64,000 nt of DNA from Alphaproteobacteria bacterium MarineAlpha9_Bin6 (GCA_002937585.1 PTKE01000001.1:5936-69935), one strand, 5' to 3'; positions 39,952 to 49,985 are shown, counted from the stretch's first letter. The notes: a model not told the origin generated them from the sequence alone. Numbers and translations are program-made.

Positions 39952-41142
39952 TCAGACTACGCTGTCGGACTGTAATGCCGCAACTTGGTCACGGTCATAA
40001 TCTATCCATTCAGAAAGAATTTCTGCCGTATGCTGACCAGCAGTGGGAATCGGATGTCGAACGGATAGATCCGTCTCAGACAATCTAGTGACAAAGCCAT
40101 GCATCGGAATTTTTCCAGCCTCTGCATGTTCAATTTCAATGATCTGCCCACGATGCCGAAGTTGTGGATCAGCAATTACATCAGCGATTTCAGCCACCTT
40201 GGCGCAGGGAACGCTGAACTTAGCCATAATCTCGACAACCTCGTTTGCCGTACGAGAACACATCCATGGCTCAATCTCTTCCTCCAAGGCGTCCACATTA
40301 GCACGTCGATCCGCATTCGATGCGAACCGAGGATCCGCTTCTAGATGCGAGAGTCCGGTCGCCTCAACAAATCGAGCGAAACGTGTATCGCCTCCCGCAA
40401 CGATTTGTACCCGCGCTCCTTCGGAGGTCACATACGAATTCGACGGCGCACCGAATCGATCCCTATTTCCAAATCTTTGGGCTTCCTCGCCCAATAGCTG
40501 GTATGCCGGAATTGCTGTCATCAGCATTGAAAGCGCACTATCAATAAGCGTCGCCCTAACTAATTGACCACGCCCTGTGGTGTTTCTCGCCTGAAGGGCA
40601 GCCAATATGCCAAGGACCGTATGCAACGCGGTTGCGTGATCCACTACCGTCGTACCCATTAAAGTGGGAGGACCATCGGGGGGACCCGTCATGGACATCA
40701 ATCCACTTGCCGCCTGGGCTATAGCATCAAAACAAGGTCGATCTGAACTTGGTCCCTCGTGGCCATAACCTGAAATGCGTGCCATGATTAGCCGCGGGTT
40801 GAGCTCATGTAACGTCTCCCAGCCACATCCCATTTTTTCCATGACGCCAGGTCGAAAATTTTCAACTAAAATGTCTGCCTCGGCAGCTAATTCACGCAAT
40901 ATTTCCTGCCCACGTGGATCCCGTAGGTTGAGAGTTACACTTTTCTTGTTGCGATTGAACATCATAAAGAAAAGGCTATCACCACCGATAAGTGGTTCGA
41001 TTTCGCGAGTTTCCTCTCCGGTTTTGAGCTTCTCAACCTTTATGACATCCGCACCAAGATCACCGAGCAACATCGCACAGTAGGGACCAGCGATATATCT
41101 TGAGACATCAAGTACCTTTAGTCCCTGCAGAGGTCCCATCAT
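39952..41142 (-). CDS. Family III CoA-transferase (CaiB/BaiF)
   Basis: 396 aa; N-terminal LKVLDVSRYIAGPYCAMLLGDLGADVIKVE is diagnostic of CaiB/BaiF. Confidence 0.85.
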   Translation of the reverse strand: MMGPLQGLKVLDVSRYIAGPYCAMLLGDLGADVIKVEKLKTGEETREIEPLIGGDSLFFMMFNRNKKSVTLNLRDPRGQEILRELAAEADILVENFRPGVMEKMGCGWETLHELNPRLIMARISGYGHEGPSSDRPCFDAIAQAASGLMSMTGPPDGPPTLMGTTVVDHATALHTVLGILAALQARNTTGRGQLVRATLIDSALSMLMTAIPAYQLLGEEAQRFGNRDRFGAPSNSYVTSEGARVQIVAGGDTRFARFVEATGLSHLEADPRFASNADRRANVDALEEEIEPWMCSRTANEVVEIMAKFSVPCAKVAEIADVIADPQLRHRGQIIEIEHAEAGKIPMHGFVTRLSETDLSVRHPIPTAGQHTAEILSEWIDYDRDQVAALQSDSVV

Positions 41143-41209
41143 AATTCCCCCAAGCCAACGTTTCGTTTATTGCTCACATTTAAGGTCAGTCGGCGCTATC
41201 CGTTACAAC

Positions 41210-42001
41210 CTAACCCCTTGCAGGAATTCCTCCCCGCAACAAACCCATACCAGCATCAATGGTAAAAAGCTCACCTGTGATATTTGGGGCTCCTTCCAGC
41301 AACCATACAACAGTGCTTGCAATGTCCTCAGGAGTATTGACCGCTTGAAGTGGTGTAGACGCTTTTATGTGAGCAACCATTCGGTCCGTTGCCTCTTCGC
41401 CAATTGCTTTTCTATGCCACCCACTTTCAATATAGCCAGGACACACAGCATTAATTTTTATTGCAGGACCAAGAGCACGTGCCATAGCGATTGTAATCGC
41501 ATTTAAAGCGCCCTTTGAACCGATATAGGCTAGGGATGAACCAATACTGTAGACGCCGGCCACGGAGGAGACATTGACGACCGCACCCTTCCCAGCAGCC
41601 TCCATATGTGGCGCAACGGCACGGATCATCTGAAACGCGCCAATGGTATTGACTGCATAAATTTCTTGAAAATCCAAGGCTGACAAGCCCTCAAGATCGT
41701 GATGTGGGCAAAATTGGGTAGTGCCGGCGTTGTTAACTAATCCATCTATATGACCCCACCGGTCTATCGCAACTTGCGCGAGCGTTCGACAATCCTCGTC
41801 TTTAGACACATCCGCCTGTTGAAGGATCACCTCAGCTCCGGATGCTTCACAAGCTTGCGCGACAGATTCGGCTTTCTCTGCGGAACGCGAGTAATTTACT
41901 ACTACCCTGGATCCCCGCTCTGCCAACATACGTGCCGTCGCGGCACCCGACCCACTGGCAGAGCCAGTGACAATGACCACTCCACCATCCAAATTAATCA
42001 T
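41210..42001 (-). CDS. Short-chain dehydrogenase/reductase (SDR)
   Basis: 263 aa; cofactor motif VTGSASGSGAA, NNAG, and catalytic YxxxK (YIGSKGAL). Confidence 0.85.
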   Translation of the reverse strand: MINLDGGVVIVTGSASGSGAATARMLAERGSRVVVNYSRSAEKAESVAQACEASGAEVILQQADVSKDEDCRTLAQVAIDRWGHIDGLVNNAGTTQFCPHHDLEGLSALDFQEIYAVNTIGAFQMIRAVAPHMEAAGKGAVVNVSSVAGVYSIGSSLAYIGSKGALNAITIAMARALGPAIKINAVCPGYIESGWHRKAIGEEATDRMVAHIKASTPLQAVNTPEDIASTVVWLLEGAPNITGELFTIDAGMGLLRGGIPARG

Positions 42002-42160
42002 ATCTTGTATTTCCTCTCTCTAATCCTCGGCGAACCAACAACAACCTCGTGGCAGCGAGGTTGGACCAGAATAGCCGGCGACATTTCCCGCCTGACTGAC
42101 AGAAGGCCATTGCGAAATTTATTGGCACGTGAAAAACAGCTTTAGGAAGCAAAAGCTTGT

Positions 42161-43246
42161 CTACTTAATCGCCGCGTTAACACGCGGCATTACTTCCTCC
42201 ATCATTAGCTGCATAGAACGCTTGGCTAATTCTTTATCCATCCAATCGTGGCCTGCATAAAGAAGCGTCCCAAAGTCTCCCACCAACTCTCGAAATTCCA
42301 AAAGCTGGTCCACTACCTCATTCACCGTGCCGCGGATTACTAACTGATCAACAATCGTCTCCAAATTTAATGATTCATCGGTCTGATTTTTATCGGTTTT
42401 GAACAAGTTTGCGCGTCCTCCACGCATCAGTTTCGTAAAAAGCGAATTGAAGTAAAAATAGTACGGACCATTCAGTCCTGTCGCATATGTTTCCGCCACA
42501 TCACTATCATCCGCCACGAATATACTTTTTGCTACTCTCCAATTAGCCGGCTCCGCGGCGCGCCCTGCTTCCGCACATCCCTCGGCATAGTTTGGCCAAT
42601 GTGACGCCACCCAAGCTGGCTGTAGAAAATTCGCCGAAATCGGCTCCCACCCGCGTGCCGCCGCCGCCTTAACACCCTTAGAAAAGGGAGCCACCGCTGT
42701 GACAATGATTGGCGGATGGGGCAATTGGTAGGGCTTACTGATTGTTCCTTGACCAATTTCAGGAATCATCGTTTGTTCAGTAGATATATCCCAGAATTCA
42801 CCCTTCAAATTGTAAGGTCCGTCCGCAGCCCAAATTTTTAATACGAGATCAATACCCTCCAGAAACATGGCGGTTCTGTCGTTTTCTAAATTTCCGAATA
42901 CTTCTGCATCTGACATCAGACCACCCGGGCTGACTCCAAACAAAAACCTGCCTTTTGCCATATGGTCTACCATTGCCACCTCGGCAGCGACTCTGGCTGG
43001 ATGGTGATTTGGAATATTTACTGTCCCAGTTCCTAAAATTATGTCTTTAGTCTGCTCCAGAAGCCACGCAATGAAAATAAGCGAAGACGTAACATTTTCT
43101 GCTTTGTCAGTTATATGTTCGCCAAAAAAACCTTCTTTAAAGCCAAGCTGGTCCGCCAAAATCGTCATCTCAAAATCTTCACGAAGTGTCTCAAATTGTG
43201 GGCGATGAGGCGGATGTACTGGCATTGTAAAAAAACCAAGATCCAT
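42161..43246 (-). CDS. LLM-class flavin-dependent oxidoreductase
   Basis: 361 aa; luciferase-like monooxygenase composition; paralogous to 30572 and 56065. Confidence 0.75.
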   Translation of the reverse strand: MDLGFFTMPVHPPHRPQFETLREDFEMTILADQLGFKEGFFGEHITDKAENVTSSLIFIAWLLEQTKDIILGTGTVNIPNHHPARVAAEVAMVDHMAKGRFLFGVSPGGLMSDAEVFGNLENDRTAMFLEGIDLVLKIWAADGPYNLKGEFWDISTEQTMIPEIGQGTISKPYQLPHPPIIVTAVAPFSKGVKAAAARGWEPISANFLQPAWVASHWPNYAEGCAEAGRAAEPANWRVAKSIFVADDSDVAETYATGLNGPYYFYFNSLFTKLMRGGRANLFKTDKNQTDESLNLETIVDQLVIRGTVNEVVDQLLEFRELVGDFGTLLYAGHDWMDKELAKRSMQLMMEEVMPRVNAAIK

Positions 43247-43443
43247 AACGCTAACTCCAGCATAAATTTATCTGTTAATGACGGATCAACTCAGTTTTCT
43301 ATACTTTCAAATCGGCATTGCGCTTCCACTGAATCGAACTTAAAAGGCCGTTAAGATTGGATCACAATTTTTTATAATCCAACCTGACAAGATAATTTTG
43401 GTGTCCGCAAGCTTGGTGCAGTTACCTTTAATTGTAGTTCCTA

Positions 43444-45402
43444 TTATACAGTTATCCCGGCCTGATGGCCTTCATGGATCGCCGCTGCCATGCCACGGGG
43501 CGCATTGCAATCTCCGACGAATTGTGCTGGGAATCCTGCTCCTCGAACACTCACCATCAGCTCATCATCGACTTTCCTCGGAGTCGCATATGTCAAACAG
43601 GTCACGCCTTCGATTTCAGTTTCATCCCCATTTAGGATATTCCTGAGAAGCAATGTCTCATTATTTAATGCAAGGGGAACTGTGGTTGCAATTATATCAA
43701 TCCGCAAAATTGATAGACGCCGCATCACGCCAATAAGAGATATATAGTTAACCTTCGAGCCAATCGTCGTTTTTGGGGTAACGATTATCAATCTCTGATA
43801 GCGTTGCGCTAAAAGCTCCGACGCTGCGTATACTGCTGCAGTGTGATCCTGATCAAACAGAATTGCTGTTCCTTTTCGTTCCTGATCTTGATGCAACAAC
43901 TCTTTTGACAATGAACGGAGCTCACAAGCTGGACTGTCTTTAGCCAAAGTTTCCGGCCAAACCGGCTGCGCACCCGTGGCAAAAACTACTTTTTGTGGGC
44001 CAAATTCATTAATTTCTCGCAAGGATACTCGTTTCCCCAACTCAAACTGCACCCCCGCTTCTTCGGCACGAATTTTTTGAAAGTTGATTGCTCGGGCGAT
44101 ATCACCTCGCCCTGGCAAACATGCTTCTAAAAATGCTTTCCCACCAACCTTACTTGAAGCACCAAACAGTATGACGTCATGGCCACGGGCGGCCGAAATC
44201 CACGCTGCCTCAAGACCTGCAACCCCAGCTCCCACCACTGCAACGCGCTTTTTTTGAATTGCACGTTCCGGGCGCCAATCGGATTCACCTGAAGTCCCTA
44301 ATTCCGGATTATGAACACAGGCTATGCCACGTCCAACATGGACTTCACCCCAACAATAATTACAAGAGATACAGGGCCGTATTTCATTTTCTCTTCCCTG
44401 CAACGTTTTTTTTACCCATGCGGCGTCACTCAACAGGACTCGACTTAAGCCAATTAGGTCTCCATATCCCTCTGTAAGTGCTTTCTCCGCTGCCTCTGCT
44501 GTTTTTATTCGTCCCATCGTCATAACCGGTATGCTACCCACCCGCTTGCGCATGCGACCATGTAGTTTAAGGAAGGGCCCAAGAGGGAAGTGCATATCTG
44601 GCAAATGAGTCTCGAGGCTCGCGCTGGAATTCCCCTGGCTAAATGCAAAATAGTCGACCCCACCCAAAGCAACGAGATAATCGATAATCTTTTCCGCTTC
44701 GTTTGGGTCTATCCCGCCAGTAACCCCTTCATCGCACGGCATCTTTAGACCAATCAAAAACTCTTTCCCGCACTCCTTCCGTATTCGGTTGATCAGCTGA
44801 CTCACGAATTTTAGGCGGCCTTCACGACTGCCACCATAGTCGTCGTTCCGATCATTGGAAAACGGTGACATAAACTGTGTAAGCAGGTAACCATGTGCTC
44901 CGTGCAATTCGATACCGCTAAACCCAGCTCTTTGAAGCCGTTCCGAAGATTCTACGAAACTATTAATGAGTTCATTTATTTCGTTATGATCAAGCTCGTG
45001 CGCAACGGTCCAGCTTAAAGGATCTGGCTTAGAGGTTGCGCTAACCGGTGTCGCCAAAGAGTTCCACAATTGCTGACGTCCGACATGGCCAATCTGGCCG
45101 ACGAGCCTACAGTCCTCGCCTTCAATTGTATCCGCCCAACGTTTTAGAAGTTCAAAATTTTTTTCATCAAAAACATTCACCAAAAATGGATTGGCGATAG
45201 AGGTGTGATGGACAGGCATTAGCTCGGTCACGATCATTGCCGTTCCACCTGCCGCCCTTGCGTGGTGGTAATCAATAAGGCGTTGGGTTGGCTTTCCGTT
45301 TGCGCCATATGCAGTAACTGTAGCGGTGTGCACAATACGGTTTCGAAGTTTCTGAACCCCAACAGTAATTGGACTAAAAAGAGTGGGGTACTTCATGGAC
45401 AT
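43444..45402 (-). CDS. NADH:flavin oxidoreductase / 2,4-dienoyl-CoA reductase-like (OYE TIM barrel + Fe-S + FAD/NAD(P) domains)
   Basis: 652 aa; N-terminal old-yellow-enzyme barrel; FadH-type 4Fe-4S motif RPCISCNYCWGE...C; C-terminal VAVVGAGVAGLEAA Rossmann. Confidence 0.8.
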   Translation of the reverse strand: MSMKYPTLFSPITVGVQKLRNRIVHTATVTAYGANGKPTQRLIDYHHARAAGGTAMIVTELMPVHHTSIANPFLVNVFDEKNFELLKRWADTIEGEDCRLVGQIGHVGRQQLWNSLATPVSATSKPDPLSWTVAHELDHNEINELINSFVESSERLQRAGFSGIELHGAHGYLLTQFMSPFSNDRNDDYGGSREGRLKFVSQLINRIRKECGKEFLIGLKMPCDEGVTGGIDPNEAEKIIDYLVALGGVDYFAFSQGNSSASLETHLPDMHFPLGPFLKLHGRMRKRVGSIPVMTMGRIKTAEAAEKALTEGYGDLIGLSRVLLSDAAWVKKTLQGRENEIRPCISCNYCWGEVHVGRGIACVHNPELGTSGESDWRPERAIQKKRVAVVGAGVAGLEAAWISAARGHDVILFGASSKVGGKAFLEACLPGRGDIARAINFQKIRAEEAGVQFELGKRVSLREINEFGPQKVVFATGAQPVWPETLAKDSPACELRSLSKELLHQDQERKGTAILFDQDHTAAVYAASELLAQRYQRLIIVTPKTTIGSKVNYISLIGVMRRLSILRIDIIATTVPLALNNETLLLRNILNGDETEIEGVTCLTYATPRKVDDELMVSVRGAGFPAQFVGDCNAPRGMAAAIHEGHQAGITV

Positions 45403-45539
45403 TATAGAGATACCGTACGATTTCAGGTTGTACTACCTATTTAGGAAGACCCAATTCCAAGTACCGCTCGCATTGTGACGAAAACTATCACAACGATTCA
45501 TGGATAATGAAATTTGGGCGCAAAACCCTACCATAATTT

Positions 45540-46835
45540 TTAAGCTAAGGTTGACCACTCCGCAACCACTTCAAGAACTGAGTCCACCAAATATGATAGA
45601 TCTTCCTTACGTATGTTTAGCGCTGGAGTCAGATAGACAATGTCTCGAAAAGGCCTAATCCAAACGCCCGCCTCGATAAATCTCGTGCGCATCCAATCAA
45701 GACGCATCGACCCAGAAAGCTGAACGACCCCTATAGCTCCCTTTACCCTAATGTCTGTTACCCGTGGGATTTTATGAGCTGGTGCCAACGATTCTTTTAA
45801 CTGTGACTCGATGGCCTCGACTTGCTCCAATCGCGGTTCCTGTTCAAACAAATCGAAAGAAGCGTTCGCAGCAGCACAGGCTAGGGCGTTTGCCATATAT
45901 GTCGGTCCATGCATCAAGGCTGCACCGGAATCTTCAGATAAAAATGTTTCAAACACATCCTCTGATGCCACGGTTGCAGCCAATGACATCGTCCCTCCCG
46001 TTAGCGCCTTGGAAAGGGTAATGATGTCAGGAACAATCCTTGCTTCATCGTGCGCGAACATTGCGCCGGTACGTCCAAATCCGGTGAAAATTTCATCAAG
46101 TATCAAGAGCAGGCCCCACTCATTACAGGCGGCTCGCAGACGCTGCAACACAACCGCATCATGCATCTGCATGCCTCCCGCCCCCTGGACTAACGGCTCA
46201 ATGATAACCGCAGCGCAATGATCAGCGTTCGACTGAAGAAACTTCTCAAACTGTTCGAAATCAGATGCGTTGCGCGGCAGCGGCAAAACATGTTGTTCAA
46301 CAAGAGTACTCTTAAACAAGGAATGCATGCCTTCCTCCGGATCACAAACGGACATTGCGCCAAATGTATCGCCATGATAACCGCCCAGAAAACTTATGAT
46401 TCGGTTTCGCTCGGGTCGGCCTTTGTTTATCCAGAATTGGATTGCCATCTTCAGAGCAATTTCGACTGAAACCGAACCAGATTCGGAGAAGAAAACGCGG
46501 CTCAAAGGATTAGGCAGAACATCGGTGATCCGATTGGCCAGTAGGAGAGCGGGCTCATGAACCAACCCGCCAAACATGACATGCGGCATTACATCTAATT
46601 GTTTGGCTACTGCTGCACGGATGTGAGGATGGTTGTAGCCATGACACGCAGTCCACCATGAAGCGATTCCGTCAATCAGCTCCCGCCCGTCTGCCAACCG
46701 TATTCGTGTGCCATTGGTAGCAACCACAGGGGTCGGTGGTGGAGTCGTCTGCATCTGAGTATATGGTAACCAGACGTGTGGGAACCCGTCCTCAAACCAA
46801 GTACAAGACTCTGATTCAATGCTTTTAGGCGGCAC
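45540..46835 (-). CDS. bioA: Adenosylmethionine--8-amino-7-oxononanoate transaminase
   Basis: 431 aa; BioA hallmark SWWTACHGYNHP; class-III aminotransferase motif ILDEIFTGFGRTG. Confidence 0.8.
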   Translation of the reverse strand: MPPKSIESESCTWFEDGFPHVWLPYTQMQTTPPPTPVVATNGTRIRLADGRELIDGIASWWTACHGYNHPHIRAAVAKQLDVMPHVMFGGLVHEPALLLANRITDVLPNPLSRVFFSESGSVSVEIALKMAIQFWINKGRPERNRIISFLGGYHGDTFGAMSVCDPEEGMHSLFKSTLVEQHVLPLPRNASDFEQFEKFLQSNADHCAAVIIEPLVQGAGGMQMHDAVVLQRLRAACNEWGLLLILDEIFTGFGRTGAMFAHDEARIVPDIITLSKALTGGTMSLAATVASEDVFETFLSEDSGAALMHGPTYMANALACAAANASFDLFEQEPRLEQVEAIESQLKESLAPAHKIPRVTDIRVKGAIGVVQLSGSMRLDWMRTRFIEAGVWIRPFRDIVYLTPALNIRKEDLSYLVDSVLEVVAEWSTLA

Positions 46836-46852
46836 GAATAGTCCAGTATAAT

Positions 46853-46915
46853 TTAGACGTTAAGCCGTATATCTTATCTAGGACATAAGATGACAATTTC
46901 TGCTCATAGACGTTA
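46853..46915. promoter_or_regulatory. Candidate bio operator in the bioA/bioF divergent promoter region
   Basis: 7-bp perfect inverted repeat ATCTTAT-ctaggac-ATAAGAT (46871-46891) flanked by two direct copies of TAGACGTTA (46853-46861 and 46907-46915). Confidence 0.3.
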
Positions 46916-47086
46916 GTTAGTTGCGGTCTGCACCATGGTTTTATTCAGAATAGATAACGCTGGGCAGGCGTCAAGCAGCACAACATTGACAGCCTGCTTT
47001 CCATGCGGTGACAATAATAAACATGCAAAACCTAATTGAGTTCTGCTTTGCTCTCCTGATTTGAACGCCAGAGCCTTTTTGTAACC

Positions 47087-48241
47087 ATGCAACCTCTAGA
47101 TCAATTTGCAGCTGAAAAGCTCTTGCAGCTCGAATCCCAAAACCTTAGACGAATCCTGGTTGAAACCCATCGCTCGACAAATGGCACAGCTAAACGTTCT
47201 GGACGCGAACTTATCTCGTTTGCGTGTAACGATTACCTAAACCTTTCTGGCGATTCCCGAGTTGTCCGAGCAGCACAGAAGGCCATTGAGCAATACGGTG
47301 TGGGTGCGGGTGCATCCCGTCTAGTTACCGGAAATCACCCTCTCTATCAAAATTTGGAAAAACGCCTTGCTCGGCTCAAAAACACCGAGGATGCTTGCGT
47401 ATTTGGTTCTGGATATTTGGCAAATCTTGGAATTATCCCAAGTCTGGTTGGAGCTAAAGACCTTATAGTTGCCGATGAGTTGAGCCACGCATGCATTTTA
47501 GCAGCCAGCAAACTAAGTTCCGCGCATCTTGAGGTATTCCGGCACAATGATATCCATCACGCAGCTGAAATTCTTAATGAGCGTCGTGCGCAGCACCCAC
47601 ACGCCATGATCCTTACCGACGGCGTGTTTAGCATGGACGGAGACCTTGCCCCTCTTAACGAACTTTCCGCTCTAGCCAAAGACTATGAGTCCTGGCTAAT
47701 GACCGACGACGCACATGGCGTGGGAGTGCTTGGGGCCGGACGTGGTTCTACTTTTTCTAGCGGCGTTCAGGCGGAAGTACCTCTACAAATGGGGACGCTC
47801 TCCAAGGCGATTGGAAGCTACGGAGGTTACCTTTGCGCCTCTAAGTCTGTCATTAATCTGATACGAACACGTGCTCGCACACTAATTTACTCTACTGGTT
47901 TACCGCCCGCAATCGTAGCAGCGAGCATCGCTGCACTAGAAATTATTGAAACTCATCCCGAATTAACAGCAAGGCCTCTGGAGAATGCTCAGCTCTTTAC
48001 GCAATTTTTAGGTGTTCCCGAAGCTGAAAGTTGCATCGTTCCCTTGGTACTAGGAGATCCAGAGCAAACACTTCGAGCTTCTGAGTCCTTGGAAAAGGAA
48101 GGTTACCTGGTCACAGCCATCCGCCCACCAACAGTACCTACAGGAACCGCGCGATTGCGATTTGCTTTTACAGCCGCCCATGATCCAAAAGATATCCGAC
48201 GACTAGCAGAAATCGTAAAACAGAAAATATTGAAGGGATAA
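47087..48241 (+). CDS. bioF: 8-amino-7-oxononanoate synthase
   Basis: 384 aa alpha-oxoamine synthase; PLP-Lys motif GTLSKAIGS; divergent from bioA. Confidence 0.8.
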   Translation: MQPLDQFAAEKLLQLESQNLRRILVETHRSTNGTAKRSGRELISFACNDYLNLSGDSRVVRAAQKAIEQYGVGAGASRLVTGNHPLYQNLEKRLARLKNTEDACVFGSGYLANLGIIPSLVGAKDLIVADELSHACILAASKLSSAHLEVFRHNDIHHAAEILNERRAQHPHAMILTDGVFSMDGDLAPLNELSALAKDYESWLMTDDAHGVGVLGAGRGSTFSSGVQAEVPLQMGTLSKAIGSYGGYLCASKSVINLIRTRARTLIYSTGLPPAIVAASIAALEIIETHPELTARPLENAQLFTQFLGVPEAESCIVPLVLGDPEQTLRASESLEKEGYLVTAIRPPTVPTGTARLRFAFTAAHDPKDIRRLAEIVKQKILKG

Positions 48242-48245
48242 TCGT

Positions 48246-48950
48246 ATAAGTACTTACTTCATTACCGCCACGGGTACGGGCGTAGGAAAAACCTTTGTTA
48301 CTGCAGCACTTTGCTATCAGCTGCGGTCGCACGGGAATCCGGCGCGTACTCTTAAGCCGGTGATCAGCGGCTACAACGAAAAAGATCTGGAGAATAGTGA
48401 CTCAGGAATCCTATTGAATAGCATGGGGATACAACCTTGCCACGAAGAGGTACAAAAAATCTCGCCATGGCGTTTTTCTGCCGCCATCTCACCCGATATG
48501 GCTGCACAACGAGAAAACCGCCATATTGATTTTGAAGAACTCTTGCAATTCTGCCGAAATATTTCTGCGCAAAAAAACAGCTCACAAAAACATGTCATTT
48601 TCATTGAGGGGGTCGGCGGCGCTATGGTCCCTCTGGATGAAGAACACACGGTAATGGATTGGATGGCCACTCTCGATGTTCCAACACTCGTCGTAGCCGG
48701 CAGTTATCTTGGCACTATCAGTCATACCCTTACTACCGTAGAAGCCATGAGTCGTAATAGTATTCGGCCTGTCGCTATTATCATCAGTGAATCCCAAGAA
48801 AATCCTGTACCACTGGAGCTTACGTCGGAGACAATATCCCGGTTTCTGCCAGAAATCCCTGTAGCGACAGTTCCACGAATTGCCACTTCAAAGCATGCTT
48901 GGAAGAAAGCTCCTGACCTTCGAGGACTTATAAAAATTCCCGGAGACTGA
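48246..48950 (+). CDS. bioD: Dethiobiotin synthetase; apparent non-canonical AUA start
   Basis: The ORF track (48360, GTG) omits the P-loop; the same frame reads (I)STYFITATGTGVGKT from ATA 48246, 5 nt after the bioF stop, with a GAAGGGA RBS 7 nt upstream; no ATG/GTG/TTG between the in-frame stop at 48231 and the P-loop. Confidence 0.7.
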   Translation: MSTYFITATGTGVGKTFVTAALCYQLRSHGNPARTLKPVISGYNEKDLENSDSGILLNSMGIQPCHEEVQKISPWRFSAAISPDMAAQRENRHIDFEELLQFCRNISAQKNSSQKHVIFIEGVGGAMVPLDEEHTVMDWMATLDVPTLVVAGSYLGTISHTLTTVEAMSRNSIRPVAIIISESQENPVPLELTSETISRFLPEIPVATVPRIATSKHAWKKAPDLRGLIKIPGD

Positions 48951-49022
48951 TTTTTGGAACCAACGTCGGGATTATTGAATAACTGCTGTTTACCATGGAA
49001 CAACGAAAAGAGGAGCCGAAGA

Positions 49023-49985
49023 ATGAGATTAGTTCAACTGATAATAATCAGTCTGGCAATGTTGCCCCTCTTAATCTCAGGCTCCACATCTCCCGCTGAA
49101 GCTGAAGTAAGACTTAAAGCTGCAAGCTTTCTACCCGCCCGCTCTGTATATGCGAAGTATTTTTATCGTTGGGTTGACGAACTTAATGATCGCTGCAAAG
49201 GAAAAGTTAAGATCACCATTGTCGGCCCAGAAGCGATAAGCTCGCTCGAACAATGGCGAACATTAAAGGACGGAGTAATTGATATACACTATGGCCCCCC
49301 AAACTATTACAAAGGGATTTTGGTAGAAGCGGATGTCACGAGCCTAGCGAACACCAGCGCATCCGAACAAAGGAAAAATGGTGCTTGGGAAATTATTAAC
49401 ACGCTTCACAATAAGAAAATGAATGCGTGGTATCTTACTCACATCATCGATGGCGTAAGGTTTTTTATTTATACGGTCAAACCGCAAAAAAATGGCCGTT
49501 TCGAAGGATTTCGTCTTCGTTCAACACCCATCTACGATGAGTTCTTCAAATCTCTCGGTGCCGCGCCAGTACGTATGTCCCCCCCTTCCCTTTACACGGC
49601 TCTCGAACGAAACACGGTAGACGGCTATGGCTGGCCGCTTTGGGGTGTCACAGACCTCGGTTGGCACAGACATACCAAATATCGGCACGGCCCTGGTTTT
49701 TTCAGCGCAGTCGTTAACATACTTGTTAATCTTGACCGCTGGAACACCCTCTTGGATAGCCAACGCCAGTGTTTAACCGACATGTCAATTTGGCTCGAAG
49801 CAGAATTCCCAAAATGGCGGGAAATCGAAAACGAGAAACAAGTCGCAGCACAAACGTCCGCGGGGATCACATATGTCGATATGGGTGCAGAATTTTCGAA
49901 CCTTGCTCACCAAATACACTGGAATGTTCTGATGAAAGCAAACCCAGTTGCCATTAGTGCCCTGCGAACTCTTTTAGTCCATTAA
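49023..49985 (+). CDS. dctP: TRAP transporter substrate-binding protein (DctP family)
   Basis: ATG 49023 with an AAGAGGAG RBS; signal peptide LIIISLAMLPLLISGSTSPAEA; DctP-type fold; followed by dctQ and dctM. Confidence 0.8.
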   Translation: MRLVQLIIISLAMLPLLISGSTSPAEAEVRLKAASFLPARSVYAKYFYRWVDELNDRCKGKVKITIVGPEAISSLEQWRTLKDGVIDIHYGPPNYYKGILVEADVTSLANTSASEQRKNGAWEIINTLHNKKMNAWYLTHIIDGVRFFIYTVKPQKNGRFEGFRLRSTPIYDEFFKSLGAAPVRMSPPSLYTALERNTVDGYGWPLWGVTDLGWHRHTKYRHGPGFFSAVVNILVNLDRWNTLLDSQRQCLTDMSIWLEAEFPKWREIENEKQVAAQTSAGITYVDMGAEFSNLAHQIHWNVLMKANPVAISALRTLLVH

